From Micromonas pusilla (lineage: Eukaryota), in NCBI GenBank assembly GCA_000151265.1, contig GG663746.1, forward strand, positions 404,863 through 436,862: 32,000 nt of DNA, in the 5' to 3' direction. Shown one piece after another: positions 1 to 8,642 of the stretch. Positions within the stretch are counted from its first letter, which is position 1, and the number at the start of each line of letters is the position of its first letter. The notes beneath the pieces were generated by a model. It ran no database searches. It worked only from the letters and a program-made list of their open reading frames with translations, and had not been told where the DNA came from. The translations under genes were made by a program, and so were the position numbers.

Positions 1-1
1 C

Positions 2-778
2 GTCGCCGCGATCGCGGAGATGCCGGAGGACGAGCGCCCGTGGTGCGCGGCGACGAGAGTCGCGGAGCAACGCGAGACGGCGCGTCAGCGCGAAGAGAAC
101 GAGAGGAAGAAGAAGGAGCACCACGACCGGTACTTCAACATCGACGGCACGAAGAAGGTGGAGCGCCGCGCGGGGTTCCCGGAGTTGCCGGAAGATTACG
201 ACGTCGACGACGTCAAGCAGTGCAACGAGTCCGGCGCTGAGTTCCGACTGGACGATTCCGAGGACGGCGCCTCCGTCGTGCTCGACGTCAAGGTGGGGAA
301 GTACATGGACACGAGCCTCATGGACGTGGACGTCCAGACGCGTCTCGTGCGCGTGCTCGTCAAGGGGAAGATGCTGTGTTTGGTGTTGCCCGAGGAAGTC
401 AAGCCGGACGCGGCGTGCGCTCGGCGGAGTAAGACGACCGGGTCTCTCGTCGTGACGATGCCGAAGGCGCGACGGAGGGAGAAGGTTTGCTCGAAGGAGG
501 AGGATTACGTCGTCGACGGCGTCGACGGCGTTGACGGCGGCGCTGGCGCGGGAGGGAAGAAGAAGAAGAAGGGCGGGAACCCCGCGAACCCCGGAACGGG
601 GACGAAGAAGCTCGTGCGGGAGATGGGCGCGGTGAGCGTCCGAGGCATCGTGAGAGACGGCGAGAGCGGCAGCGCGTTCGACATGGTCGAGTCCGTGAGA
701 CAGGCCGCGCCCGCGTCGAGGGCGGAGCAGGTGGCGACGTACGGCAGCGACGACGACGACGAGCCGCCGCCGCTGTGA
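2..778 (+). CDS. LRRC6: C-terminal part of a TilB/LRRC6 (DNAAF11)-like dynein-arm assembly factor (CS-like domain); 5'-truncated by the window edge
   Basis: The frame of ORF 20..778 is open back to the window edge. The peptide VGKYMDTSLMDVDVQTRLVRVLVKGKMLCLVLPEEVKPDAACARRSKTTGSLVVTMPK matches, from memory, the conserved C-terminal block of animal LRRC6/TilB (YMDTSLIDVDVQP.YVRV..KGK.FQLVLPAEVKPD.S.AKRSQTTGHLV..MPK). The acidic ..DDEPPPL tail also resembles it. Third codon positions are GC-rich. Stop at 776-778. Confidence 0.75.
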   Translation, partial: VAAIAEMPEDERPWCAATRVAEQRETARQREENERKKKEHHDRYFNIDGTKKVERRAGFPELPEDYDVDDVKQCNESGAEFRLDDSEDGASVVLDVKVGKYMDTSLMDVDVQTRLVRVLVKGKMLCLVLPEEVKPDAACARRSKTTGSLVVTMPKARRREKVCSKEEDYVVDGVDGVDGGAGAGGKKKKKGGNPANPGTGTKKLVREMGAVSVRGIVRDGESGSAFDMVESVRQAAPASRAEQVATYGSDDDDEPPPL

Positions 779-814
779 CGCGCGACCGCCGCGGCCGGAG
801 CCGGCTGGCGCGAG

Positions 815-820
815 AATAAA
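815..820 (+). terminator. Candidate poly(A) signal hexamer AATAAA downstream of the TilB-like CDS
   Basis: AATAAA lies 37 nt after the stop codon, inside a short AT-rich patch (gagaataaaattaaaaatactc) in otherwise GC-rich DNA. Function is inferred only. Confidence 0.3.
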
Positions 821-924
821 ATTAAAAATACTCGCATCAGATAGACCGACTACGACGGCGCCGACTCGATCGCGATCGACCACTTCGCCGGCCGCGCGGG
901 CCGCCTCTCCCTCGACGCGTCGAG

Positions 925-1347
925 ATGTCCGTCGCCGCGTCGCTCGCGCGCGTCCCCGCGGCCCGCGCGCCGCCGCGTCGCCGCCGCGTCGCATCGCGCG
1001 CGTCCTCGTCCTCGTCCTCGTCCTCGTCCCACGTCGCGTCCTCCTCGCCCGCCTCGGCCTCGGTCGTCGACGCGCGCGGGCGATCGACGGTCGCGTCCTC
1101 CGCGTCCGCGCGCGTCGCGGCGCTGACCGCGGCGGCGACGGCGACCGCGGCGCAGGCGGCGACGTCGGGCGAGTCGGTGTCTCAGGTCGCGACGTCCGAC
1201 GCGTGGTTCGGGTGGGCGTTCATCCCCGGCGGCCCCGTGCTCGGTCCCGCGCTGCTCTGCGCGGGGTTCATTTTGCTGCAAGCTGCGTACGAGAAGGCGA
1301 CGGGGACGGGGCCGAGCGGGAAGGGCGACGGGTCGAAGAAGCGATGA
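925..1347 (+). CDS. Hypothetical small protein (140 aa): Ser/Ala/Arg-rich organelle-type presequence plus one C-terminal hydrophobic helix
   Basis: ATG-initiated ORF with GC3-rich codons. N-terminus is MSVAASLARVPAARAPP..SSSSSSS. Predicted TM segment is WFGWAFIPGGPVLGPALLCAGFILLQAAY. A TGTAA motif lies at 1391-1395, downstream of the stop. The overlapping minus ORF 850..1557 is poly-Arg noise. I recognise no family. Confidence 0.45.
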   Translation: MSVAASLARVPAARAPPRRRRVASRASSSSSSSSSHVASSSPASASVVDARGRSTVASSASARVAALTAAATATAAQAATSGESVSQVATSDAWFGWAFIPGGPVLGPALLCAGFILLQAAYEKATGTGPSGKGDGSKKR

Positions 1348-1618
1348 GCGGTGGGTATGGTACGTAGCCCTCGGAGCGACGAGGAGACTTTGTAACAACG
1401 ACGACGCGAGCGCGATCATCTTCTCAGCGGCGCGGGAGCGTCGAGACGCGCGACGCTCGCGAGCGCCGACCCGACCGCGGCGTCCTCGAAACCACCGCGA
1501 TGATGATGATGATGTGAGACGGCGAAAGTTCGCGCGACGTCCATCTCGGAACCGCATTTATCGCGAGCGCCGCCGCCGCGAGCGTCCGTCGGCGACCGTC
1601 GCGACGTCCTCGGCGGCG

Positions 1619-3626
1619 ATGCCGACCGCGACCGCGATGCGCGCGCTCGCGCCGACCCGCGCGCCGCGCGCGTCCGCGACCGCGTCCGCGACCGCGGAGC
1701 CGCGCGTCGCGCGGGGGCGCGGCGCGTCGACCCGCGACCACCGAATCCCCAGGGTTTTCTCTCGCCGCAACGTCGGCGTCGCGCCGATCTCGCGCGCGTC
1801 CGCCGAAGGAGACGCGTCCACGTCGTCCACGTCGTCCACGTCGTCCACGTCGTCGTCGCACCAGCTCATCACGTTCTTCCGGTTCACCACCGTGGAGGAC
1901 CCGCACGCGGAGGTGGAGGCACACCGCGACTTCGTGGAGACGAACCGCCTCGAGATTCGAGGCGCGTTCTATACACTGGTCCCCATACGACCGCGTTGGC
2001 GTGGTGAACGCTGATCCTTAAGGACTTCGTCCGGCGTGTCTCTCCGCCCACCCTCGGTTTCAATACCCGACCGCGATGCCTTTCAACTCCAACTGACGCC
2101 TTTGAACGCCACCCCGACGTTCGCTTCTATGGAACGACCCAAGGACGCATCTACGTCAACGAGCAAGGGGTGAACGCGCAGATGTCCGGCCGCGGCGACG
2201 ACGGCGAGCGGTACGCGCGCTGGGTGGAATCCCGCCCGGGCTTCGGCGGCATGCGGATATCCATCTACCCGATCTCATCGCAGGCGCACCCGAAGCTCTC
2301 GCTGCGGTACAAGCCCCAGCTCGTGCAGCTCGAGGGCGGGACGCGGCATCTCCCGATCACCGATCCGTCGCGACGCGGGATCCCGCTGTCGCCGGAGCGT
2401 TGGCACGCGATGCTCGAGAACGACGCGGATAACGATCCCGACGCCGCGCCGGTGCTGCTGGACGTCAGGAACGGGTACGAATGGGACGTCGGGCACTTCC
2501 GCGGCGCGAAACGGCCGGTCCAGGAGTCGTTTCGCGAGACGGTGGAGACGAACGTCGACGCGACGGGCGGCGGGCCGCTCGCTGGCGTGCGCAAGGCGCG
2601 TTCTGTACACTGGTTCCCATACGACCCCGTCGGCGTGGTGAACGCCGATCCTTAAGGACTTTGCCGGGCGCATCTCTCCGCCTAGGGTCCCTCGCTTTCG
2701 ATCCCCGCCATCGACGCCTTTCAACTCCGCTTCTGACGCCTTTCAACGCCACCCCGACGTTCGCTTCTACGGAACGACCCAAGGACGCGCCGATCATGAT
2801 GTACTGCACCGGAGGCATTCGCTGCGACGTGTACAGCACGGTGCTCAGAGAGCAAGGGTACGACAACGTCTTCACGCTCGAGGGCGGCGTGCAGGCGTAC
2901 TTCGACGCGTACGGGAAGAGGGACGATTGCCTGTGGGACGATCAGCTCTTCGTGTTCGACTCGAGGCTGGCGATGACGCGCGACGGGCGACCGAGCTCAG
3001 AGGCGGGCGACGACGCCGCGACGCTGACGTGTCACTGCTGCTCAGAGAAGCGCGCGCCTCCGCCGCATCGAAACTGCCCGAACGTGGACTGCAACCGGCT
3101 CTTCTTGGTCTGCCCCGCGTGCCGCGCGAAACTCGGCGGGTTCTGCTGCGGCGAGTGCGCCAAGGCGAGCCACGCGCGGCCGCCGCTGCTCGAGCCAGGA
3201 CGGTACCGGCGGTTCGCGCATTACGCGGAGGGCGAGGCGATGTCGCGGAGCGAGCGACGAGGCGACGGCAGAGCGCGGCGGCGAAAAGCGCGCAGGGAGC
3301 GGAAGAAGCGAGAGAGAGAGCGAGACCACGTGTGGGGAGAAGACCATGAGCGCGGCGACGTGACGCGCGCGGTGCGGGTGTTGGAGAAGGCGGCGCGCGA
3401 CCCGGCGGCGTTTGGCGACGGACCGGACGGCGGCGGGACGTTGGCGTCGCGGACGCGGTCGATCGTGAAAGCCGCGGGGTTGCTCGACGCGCGCGACGAC
3501 GACGACGACGACGCGGGCGGCGAGGTCGGCGCGCGGAGGGCGAGGTTGCGGGACGCCGCGGAGGCGATCGCGGCGGGGAAGGACGTCGACCTGATCGAGC
3601 TCGCGCGCGAAGTGGAGGTGAAATGA
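1619..3626 (+). CDS. Rhodanese-domain protein of the TrhO/YceA (UPF0176) family, 3 exons: 1619..1961, 2144..2595, 2784..3626 (545 aa)
   Basis: Splicing out the two repeat introns joins three ORF fragments in phase (phase 1 and phase 0). The product is continuous with bacterial YceA/TrhO. LITFFRFTTVEDP...EIRG|RIYVNEQGVNAQ corresponds to ISFYKY..ADP...FGRVYLAHEGINAQ. LLDVRNGYEWDVGHFRGA is the rhodanese motif. K|DAPIMMYCTGGIRCDV is the CTGGIRC active-site loop. A Cys-rich C-terminal module follows (CHCC...CPNVDCNRLFLVCPAC...CCGEC). The N-terminus MPTATAMRALAPTRAPRAS looks like a transit peptide. The choice of start codon (1619 versus 1637) is uncertain. Confidence 0.85.
1817..1852 (+). repeat. 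In-frame 9-nt tandem repeat (tccacgtcg x4) encoding (STS)n in exon 1 of the rhodanese gene
   Basis: Direct reading: four perfect consecutive 9-nt units. Confidence 0.9.
1962..2143 (+). mobile_element. Introner-element-like repeat intron, copy 1 (182 nt, GC-AG, phase 1) in the rhodanese gene
   Basis: Starts gcgcgttctatacactggtccccatacgacc, contains gatccttaaggac and ends ggaacgacccaag. It aligns over its full length to the copies at 2596, 5895(-), 22276(-) and 29470(-). Removing it restores ...LEIRG|RIYVNEQG. Confidence 0.9.
2596..2783 (+). mobile_element. Introner-element-like repeat intron, copy 2 (188 nt, GC-AG, phase 0) in the rhodanese gene
   Basis: Same repeat family (gcgcgttctgtacactggttcccatacgacc...ccttaagg...cgttcgcttctacggaacgacccaag). 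Removing it restores ...GVRK|DAPIMMYCTGGIRC. Confidence 0.9.
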
Positions 3627-3890
3627 ATGATTTCGTCGCGATCGATCGGTCGTCTCGTTCTTCGTACACGTGTCTTTCTTTTGTTATTTAATATCAGATG
3701 GCACGACGACCGTGTTAGTGTTATATGTTACGTGTTGCGTCGTCGCGCGAAAGCAACAGAATAGGGTACAGGGCGACCGCGCCGCGACCGAGGCGTTTTC
3801 GCCCGGGCGCGGCGCGTCGCGACGTGAAAAGAATACTGTATAGTTTCGGTCTCGCGCGGGCTGGGCGGGTCGGTCCGCGCGGGTCGCGCC

Positions 3891-4758
3891 TCACGCGTCG
3901 TCCACGACGACGCGAACGCCCTTGACGCACAGTTCCACCACGCGCGTTGCGGCGACGGCGTCCGCGCGCTTCGCGAACCGAACCGTCCCCGCGGACGTCC
4001 CCGGCGTCGTCGCCGCGCCCAGCACGGCGCCGTGCGGCGCGAACGTCTTGTATAAAAACAACTCGTCCGCCTCCGGGGGGAGGTTGTACGCCGTCACCCC
4101 GCACGGATCGTCGTCGCGTCGACGCTTCATCTCAGACGCGTCGAGTTCCTCGTCCAGGGAGTCGAGCATCGCGGCCGCGGCTTCCGCGGATATCCCGGGC
4201 GTCTCCGCGCGATCCCACGCCGAAGGAGACGCCCCGGGCCCCGGGTCGCCGCCGCCCGCGCCGCCGAAGAGACTCGTCGACCCTCCTCCGAGCCCCCCCG
4301 CGGTCTTCGGCAGAGAGACGACGTCGCTGCCGACGCTGCCGACGTTTAAGCTCTCGCTGCTGCCGCGCGATCGCGGCGGCACCGGCGCGCGCATGGACCA
4401 TATCCCGCCGTCCCTCTCGAGCGACCCGACCGGGGAGACGGCGCCCGGCGCGAGGGAGGTGACGTTTCCGTACGACGCGCCGCGCCCGCCGAGAGACGAC
4501 CCACCGAACGCGGTCCCTCCCCTGACCGGCGCTTCGTACGCGCTCTGGGGAGGCGCTCCGCCGCCAGAGACGCCGCCGCCGCCGCCGCCGCCACCGCCGA
4601 TGTCGAGCCCGCCGGTGAACATCGCGGAGAGACCGCCGACGCCGCCGTGCGTCGAGCCGTGCATCGAGCCGCCGCCGTGCATCGAGCCGTGCATCGACGC
4701 GAGCGACCCCATCGACCCGCCCATCGACCCGCCCATCGACCCTAACGAACCGAGAGGC

Positions 4759-4795
<37 letters not shown>

Positions 4796-6297
4796 TCTGG
4801 CCGAGCAGCGCGCCGAGCTGCGCGAGGTTCCCCGCGCTGCCGCCGCGACCGACTGTTTGCCCGACTGTTTGCCCGTACAGAGACCCGCCGGCGACGCTCC
4901 CGCCGGCGTCGCTCCCGGGACCGCCGCCCGGGACCCCCGCGTGCACGCTCCCTCCACTATTCACGTTCGCGCTCATCATCATCGCCGCGGCCGCGTTGTG
5001 CTGCTGCGCGAGGAGCATCGACGCGATGTCGAGGTTGCGAACGCTCCCGCCCGCGCTCATGGCGGCGGCGGACATCGCCGCCATCAGCGCGCTGCCCGGA
5101 GACACCACGCCCGGGTGCCCGGCGCCGCCGAACGCGCCGGGGACCCAGTCGTTGCCGCCGTTCAGGGCGCCCGGGATGTTCACGCCGTCGATGCCAACAC
5201 CGCCGTGGACGCTGTTCCCGCGACTGTTCGAATTCCCGGAATTCGCGCCGCGTTTCGCCTTGCCGTGCGAATCGGCGAATCGAATCACGAGCGGGACGGC
5301 GCCCCCCGCGGGGACGCGCCCGTTCGCGGTCACGACCGCGCTCGCCGCCTGCTCCGCGCTCGCGAACCGAATCAGCGCGCCCGCGGTCGTCGTCCCGGAC
5401 GCGTGCAGCAGCCGGCACTCGATGATCGCCCCGAACACCTTGAAGAACGCTCTCAGTTCCACCTCGGTCCACCGCGGCGGCAAGCCTTTGACGTAGATGT
5501 TATCGCTCGGCGTCCCGATCCCCGCCGCCGCCGTCGTCGCGCTGCTGTCGCTGTTCGCGAACTTCACCTCCAGCGTGCGTCCTCGCACGCTCTTGCCGTG
5601 CATCTCCTTGATCGCGCTCTCCGCGGATTGGACGCCGTCGAACTTGACGAACCCGAACCCCCTCGACGTGTTCGTGCTCACGTCCCTAATCACGCAGCAC
5701 GACTCGACGACGCCGAACGCGTCGAAGACGCTCTTCAGCGTGAGTGGAGTTGAAAGGCGTCAGTTGAAGTTGAAAGGCGCCGAGGGCGGGGATTGAAAGC
5801 GAGGGATGGGCGGAGAGAGACGACGGCAAAAGTCCTTAAGGATCGGCGTTCACCACGCGAACGCGGTCGTATGGGAACCAGTGTATAGAACGCACCTTCA
5901 GCGTGAGCTCGTCCACGTCCTCCGCGAGGTTCTTCACGTACACGTTGCTGTGCTGCTGCTGATGGGTGGCGGCGTTACTCATGTTGTCACTGCGCGCGTG
6001 CTGCATGGCGGCGGCGGAGGGCAGCGGCGACGGCGCCGTCGCGCCGGTCGAGAGGTTCGCGAACGAGCCGCCGCGACCGCGCGGGGCGGTCGTCGAAACC
6101 GTCGTGGTCGACGTCGTCGACGTCGTCGTCGACGAGGTCGTCGCGCCGGGTCCCGCTCCCGAGGCGGACGCGACGCCGGTGGATCCGTCCTTCGGCGACG
6201 CGCCCCACGGCGCGGGGATCGCGGTCAGACCCGCGCGCGGCGGCGGCTGCGTCGCGAACGGATCGTTGACGCCGAACGCGCGCGGCTCGCCGAGCAT
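3891..6297 (-). CDS. RNA-binding protein with three RRM domains (2 N-terminal + long Gly/Gln-rich linker + 1 C-terminal; CELF/Bruno-like architecture), 2 exons: 6297..5896, 5732..3891
   Basis: RRM1 is split by the repeat intron: NVYVKNLAEDVDELTLK|SVFDAFGVVESCCVIRDVSTNTSRGFGFVKFDG (RNP2 and RNP1 motifs). RRM2 is NIYVKGLPPRWTEVELRAFFKVFGAIIECRLL...GALIRFAS. RRM3 is VTAYNLPPEADELFLYKTFAPHGAVLGA...GTVRFAK. The start at MLGEPRAFGV (6297) is the first ATG preceding non-Arg-rich sequence and is less certain. Confidence 0.85.
4758..4793 (-). repeat. (CAG)n microsatellite encoding a Q12 tract in the RRM protein linker
   Basis: The plus strand reads ctg x6, ttg, ctg x5. The minus-strand frame gives QQQQQQQQQQQQ. 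Confidence 0.95.
5733..5895 (-). mobile_element. Introner-element-like repeat intron, copy 3 (163 nt, GT-AG, phase 0), 3'-truncated relative to the other copies
   Basis: Minus strand: gtgcgttctatacactggttcccatacgacc...ccttaagg...gacgcctttcaactcca followed by ctcacgctgaag. It lacks the ccccgacgttcgct..tatggaacgacccaag tail seen in the other four copies. Its last 12 nt duplicate the upstream exon end. Confidence 0.9.
5896..5907 (-). repeat. 12-nt direct duplication (ctcacgctgaag on the minus strand) flanking IE copy 3; the partner copy is 5733..5744
   Basis: The plus-strand string cttcagcgtgag occurs at 5733-5744 (the last 12 nt of the intron) and at 5896-5907 (the last 12 nt of the upstream exon). 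The bases flanking the two copies differ, so the repeat is exactly 12 nt. Confidence 0.9.
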
Positions 6298-6779
6298 CCG
6301 ACGCTGACCGTCGGCACGACGACGACGCGAGATCTGCGCGTCCGTCCCGCGCGAAAAAGTTCTCTCGCTCCCTGGGGCGTCGTCGACGCGCGGTGCGGTG
6401 GGGTCGCGCGCGCGCGCCGAGCGACCGCGCGCGCGCTTCGCCCGCGCCGCGCGATGCGAACGAGGCGCGGACGCGAGGGAGCTCCCGCGCGTCGCACGAT
6501 CGTCCGCGTTCGCGCGACGTGGTGAATGGTTCGCGCGGTCTCTGCCAAACGTCGAAAGCGCGCGGAAAACGACCCTTGGTGCAATGGAAAGATCGGTCGC
6601 AATGGAACCACGGTCGCACGTTGGACCACGCGCTATGGCGACCAGTCTCGCGACCGCGCGCGTACTCGCGCGTCGCGTACGCTCATTGGTCGACGCGCGA
6701 CACGGTGCTCCTTTACTTGTACCGCGAATACGCGTTTTTTGGCACTTCACCGGTCAATATTGACCGGTGACCTCGACAG

Positions 6780-6892
6780 GGGATTTTGGTCTAGTGGCAT
6801 GATACCTCCTTTGGGTGAACCAAGACGGCGGTTCAACCCGTGTCTGCACTCAAGCGTGGAGGTGGTCGGGGGTTCGATTCCCCCAAGTCCCC
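6780..6892 (+). tRNA. tRNA-Pro (anticodon UGG) with a 41-nt intron (6816..6856) at the canonical 37/38 position
   Basis: Manual cloverleaf: acceptor GGGATTT/AAGTCCC, D arm GTCT-AGTGGCA-TGAT, anticodon stem CCTCC/GGAGG, loop TTTGGG^T, variable TGGTC, T arm GGGGG-TTCGATT-CCCCC, discriminator C. The intron contains CCAA, which can pair with the anticodon TTGG. The exons are near-identical to the intronless tRNA at 10569..10640. Confidence 0.85.
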
Positions 6893-7043
6893 TATGAGTA
6901 TCAGTCTGAGATATTATCAGGCCCGTAGTACGAAATAGCACCTGTCGACTTTTGATGATGTTTTCGTCTCGACGGCGACGACGACGCAGACGACGCGACG
7001 CGTCGCCGCCCGCCGCCGCTCGACGGCGTCGGCGGCGGCGTGG

Positions 7044-8412
7044 ATGTCGACGTCGATCCCTCCGCGCGAGGAGTCCGCGCGGTGCGCCATCGCCCGTCCG
7101 CGCGACCGCGACGTCCCCGCCCCGCCTCGTTCGTCCTTTTCGTCGTCGTCACGTTCCATTCAACCCTTCGTCCGTCCTCCCTTCGCTCCCCTCCCTCCTC
7201 AGGACGAAGCGCAAGCGCGAGGCTCGCGACGCGCTCGACGCGCGCGACGAGCGCGCGCTCCTCGAGCGCCGCGTCCGCGCCGCGCTCGCGCTCGCGCCCT
7301 CGCAACGCGCGCGATGCGACGAGGAGCTCCTTCTCGCGCACGCGTCGCTCGCGGACGCCGTCGTCGCGACGGACGCGCGCGTCGCGCGCGACCGCGCGCG
7401 CGCGGCCGCGCGCGCGGCCGAGACCCACGACGCCCCGGACGCGCTCGAAGAGAAACTAAAGCGCTTGATCGACTTGGTGAGGCGCGCGGCATCGCGCGAC
7501 GGCGGCGGCGTCGTGATCCACACGGGCGCGGGGGTCAGCACCGCCGCGGGCGTCCCCGATTTTCGCGGGCCCTCCGGGGTGTGGACGATGCGCGACGTCG
7601 GCGTCGACGTCGCCGTGCCGAAGTTCGAGCGCGTCGTACCCACGAAAGCGCACATGGCGATCGCGGCGCTCGTCCGCGCGGGCGTGGTGAAGCGCGTCGT
7701 GACGCAAAACGTGGACGGCTTGCACGCGCGCTCCGGGTGCGACGACGACAAAGTCTCCCGACTCCACGGCTGCGTGTACGAGGAGACGTGCGTCAACGAG
7801 CGCTGCGAGAAGTTCGAATTTCGCGTCAAGCGAGCGTTCGACGTCACCGCCGGGAAGCTGTCGGAAGGGCGCATGCATCGGCACCGGACCGGGCGCGCGT
7901 GCGACGCGTGCGGCGAGGAACTGCGCGACACGATCGTGCACTTCGGCGAACGCTTACATCCGCCGACGCTTCTGGCGGCGACGCGGGCGAGCGCGGACGC
8001 GGCGCTGAGCGTCGTCGTCGGGACGTCGCTGAAGGTGCCGCCCGCGTCGACGCTGCCGGGGAAGTCGCGGAATCGCGTGATATGCAACCTGCAGTGGACG
8101 CGGTACGACGCGACGGCGGCGATGAAGATACACGCCAGGGCGGACGAGGCGATGACGCGACTGTGCGAGGGGTTAGGCGTGGAAGTACCCGAGTACGACG
8201 CGCGATCGGACCCGGTCGGCGCGGCGTTTCTCGCGTCGGGGGGGACGTTTCTCCTCGCGGGGAAAAAGGAGGAGGAGGAGGAAGAGAAGGAGGGGGGCGA
8301 CGCGAGCGCGCTCGCGGCGGGCGCGGGGGCGGGCCGGGGGCGGGCCGGGGCGAAGAAAAAAAATAGACGGGGGAGAGGGTCGAAGCCCTGCGTGCCGAGA
8401 CCGACGTCGTGA
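7044..8412 (+). CDS. Class IV sirtuin (SIRT6/SIRT7-like NAD-dependent deacylase); proposed exons 7044..7081 and 7203..8412
   Basis: Catalytic core: VVIHTGAGVSTAAGVPDFRGPSGVWT, VVTQNVDGLHARSG, RLHGCVYEETC..C...CDACGEELRDTIVHFGE (zinc Cys pairs), VVGTSLKVPP, ICNLQ, IHARADEAMTRLCEGLGVEVP. From memory this aligns with human SIRT6. No ATG lies between 6952 and the core. The ORF-track start (MMMFSSRRRRRRRRRD, 60 nt after the tRNA) looks non-coding. A short first exon, ATG 7044..7081 (MSTSIPPREESA), with donor GTGCGC and acceptor ctccctcctcAG at 7202, joins in phase (phase 2). The core call is firm; the 5' exon model is tentative. Confidence 0.85.
7082..7202 (+). other. Predicted spliceosomal intron (121 nt, GT-AG, phase 2) in the sirtuin gene; not a member of the repeat family
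   Basis: The donor is gtgcgcc. A pyrimidine-rich tract (tcctcccttcgctcccctccctcctcag) precedes the AG. It connects ATG 7044 in frame to TKRKREARD. Confidence 0.45.
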
Positions 8413-8490
8413 GACGCGAGTCCGCGCTGTGCTCTCGTCGACGTGAACTGCTACTGTTGATAGTCTACGGTGTCTACTCTACGTCGAACG

Positions 8491-8597
8491 TCAAACGTCG
8501 TCCTCGCGCGTCTTCTTCGACCTGTCCTGAAGCTCCAACTCGCACACCGTGGGAAGCAGCGACTCCGCCGAGCCGCTTCCCTTCTCTTCGTCGTCGC

Positions 8598-8642
<45 letters not shown>

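Noticed and set aside
1968-2014. The recurrent peptide FYTLVPIRPRWRGERRSLRTFPG, seen in several ORFs, considered as a shared protein domain.
   Set aside because: It is the translation of the repeat intron in one frame. It occurs in unrelated genes exactly between splice-site dinucleotides and interrupts conserved motifs.
6952-7043. ORF-track start of the sirtuin (MMMFSSRRRRRRRRRDASPP...).
   Set aside because: Poly-Arg from (cga/cgg)n-like sequence that begins 60 nt after a tRNA gene looks like 5' UTR or promoter. A short-exon model (7044..7081 + 7203..) is preferred, but unproven. The unspliced model cannot be fully excluded without transcript data.
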